A stretch of 27,266 bases of DNA from a virus. Taxonomy: Duplodnaviria > Caudoviricetes. The notes beneath the pieces are model-generated. The model saw only the letters and a list, made by a program, of their open reading frames with translations. It was not told where the DNA came from and made no database searches. The stretch lies in IMG/VR virus record IMGVR_UViG_3300009436_000085, positions 1 to 27,266 of that record, one strand, 5' to 3'. This document shows, in pieces, positions 26,830 through 27,266 of the stretch (its first letter is position 1; every line of letters starts with the position of its first letter). The position numbers were made by a program, and so were the translations under genes.

Positions 26830-27099
26830 CTAGAATCTCATAGTCTCCCATACTTTTCTAGATGTGATGATACCATTGAGTATCAATATAAGTTTATCAA
26901 CTTCTTTATTTAACCAAGCTAATCTATCTACCGCATCTTGGTCTTCTTCATTATTTTCCCATTGCTCAGCGAGTTCTTCTAGCATACTGTCCAACATATA
27001 GCTAAACTTATCAGCGTTAATGAAATTGTCTCCTTGAAGCGAATAAACTTTGTGACCAATCTGTGATAGTTTTGATGATGTAGTTGTGTAATCTAACAT
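26830..27099 (-). CDS. Hypothetical helical protein (probable early gene)
   Basis: 89-aa ORF with its own host-type promoter and terminator. Confidence 0.7.
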   Translation of the reverse strand: MLDYTTTSSKLSQIGHKVYSLQGDNFINADKFSYMLDSMLEELAEQWENNEEDQDAVDRLAWLNKEVDKLILILNGIITSRKVWETMRF

Positions 27100-27140
27100 T
27101 GTGATTTATTTTAGTGTAATGCTTCATTGCAATTACATTA

Positions 27141-27170
27141 CAAAGATAATCAAATATTCTAGTTCTGCAA
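27141..27170 (-). promoter_or_regulatory. Bacteroidota housekeeping promoter TTG-N19-TATCTTTG
   Basis: Exact -33/-7 consensus and spacing, about 40 nt upstream of ATG 27099. Confidence 0.75.
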
Positions 27171-27266
27171 CTATTTATATCATTTATTTTTGATTTATTT
27201 TAGCTGAAGAATGCTTCCTTCCAAAGCCCAAGAGCTAAGGTAATCATTATTTTTTAATTATCCAAA

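Noticed and set aside
25566-26830. tRNA genes in non-coding regions
   Set aside because: No cloverleaf or T-loop GTTCRA consensus found by eye.
27200-27247. 15-codon minus-strand ORF (MITLALGLWKEAFFS)
   Set aside because: Too short to support without homology or upstream context.
1-27266. Stop-codon reassignment (TAG=Gln or TGA=Trp) as in some Crassvirales
   Set aside because: Genes are full length in code 11, and TAG/TGA end genes right before the next start or intergenic region (e.g. terL, lipoprotein, nuclease).

Overview
Low-GC dsDNA phage genome segment, most consistent with a crAss-like (Crassvirales-related) podovirus of a Bacteroidota host. The host call rests on A-rich leaders without Shine-Dalgarno sites, a TTG-N19-TAnnTTTG promoter, a DUF1573-like protein and an LTSC lipoprotein. 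The minus strand from about 20.3 kb down to 1 carries the late/virion module. It begins with a PD-(D/E)XK nuclease, an HU/IHF-like protein, a GroES-like protein and a Cys-cluster plus DUF1573-like pair. Next come TerL, portal, probable scaffold, major capsid protein and the conserved crAss-type downstream genes. It ends with very Cys-rich structural proteins and DUF11/tail-fibre-like genes. A divergent plus-strand operon (20.6-25.6 kb) encodes an HTH protein, RNase HI, a UVR-motif protein, RuvC, a ClpP-like protein, an MmcB-like nuclease, a SET-domain protein and a lipoprotein. A free-standing NUMOD4-HNH-AP2 endonuclease follows, flanked by repeat- and hairpin-rich non-coding DNA, and then a converging gene with a host-type promoter. 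Highlights are a four-copy ECF-sigma-like promoter motif (CGTCATARTA), a possible Cys-rich virion plus folding/redox module, a UVR+ClpP proteolysis-hijack pair, and a SET methyltransferase next to a Lys/Arg-tailed protein. All family calls come from motif recognition by eye; no database searches were run.
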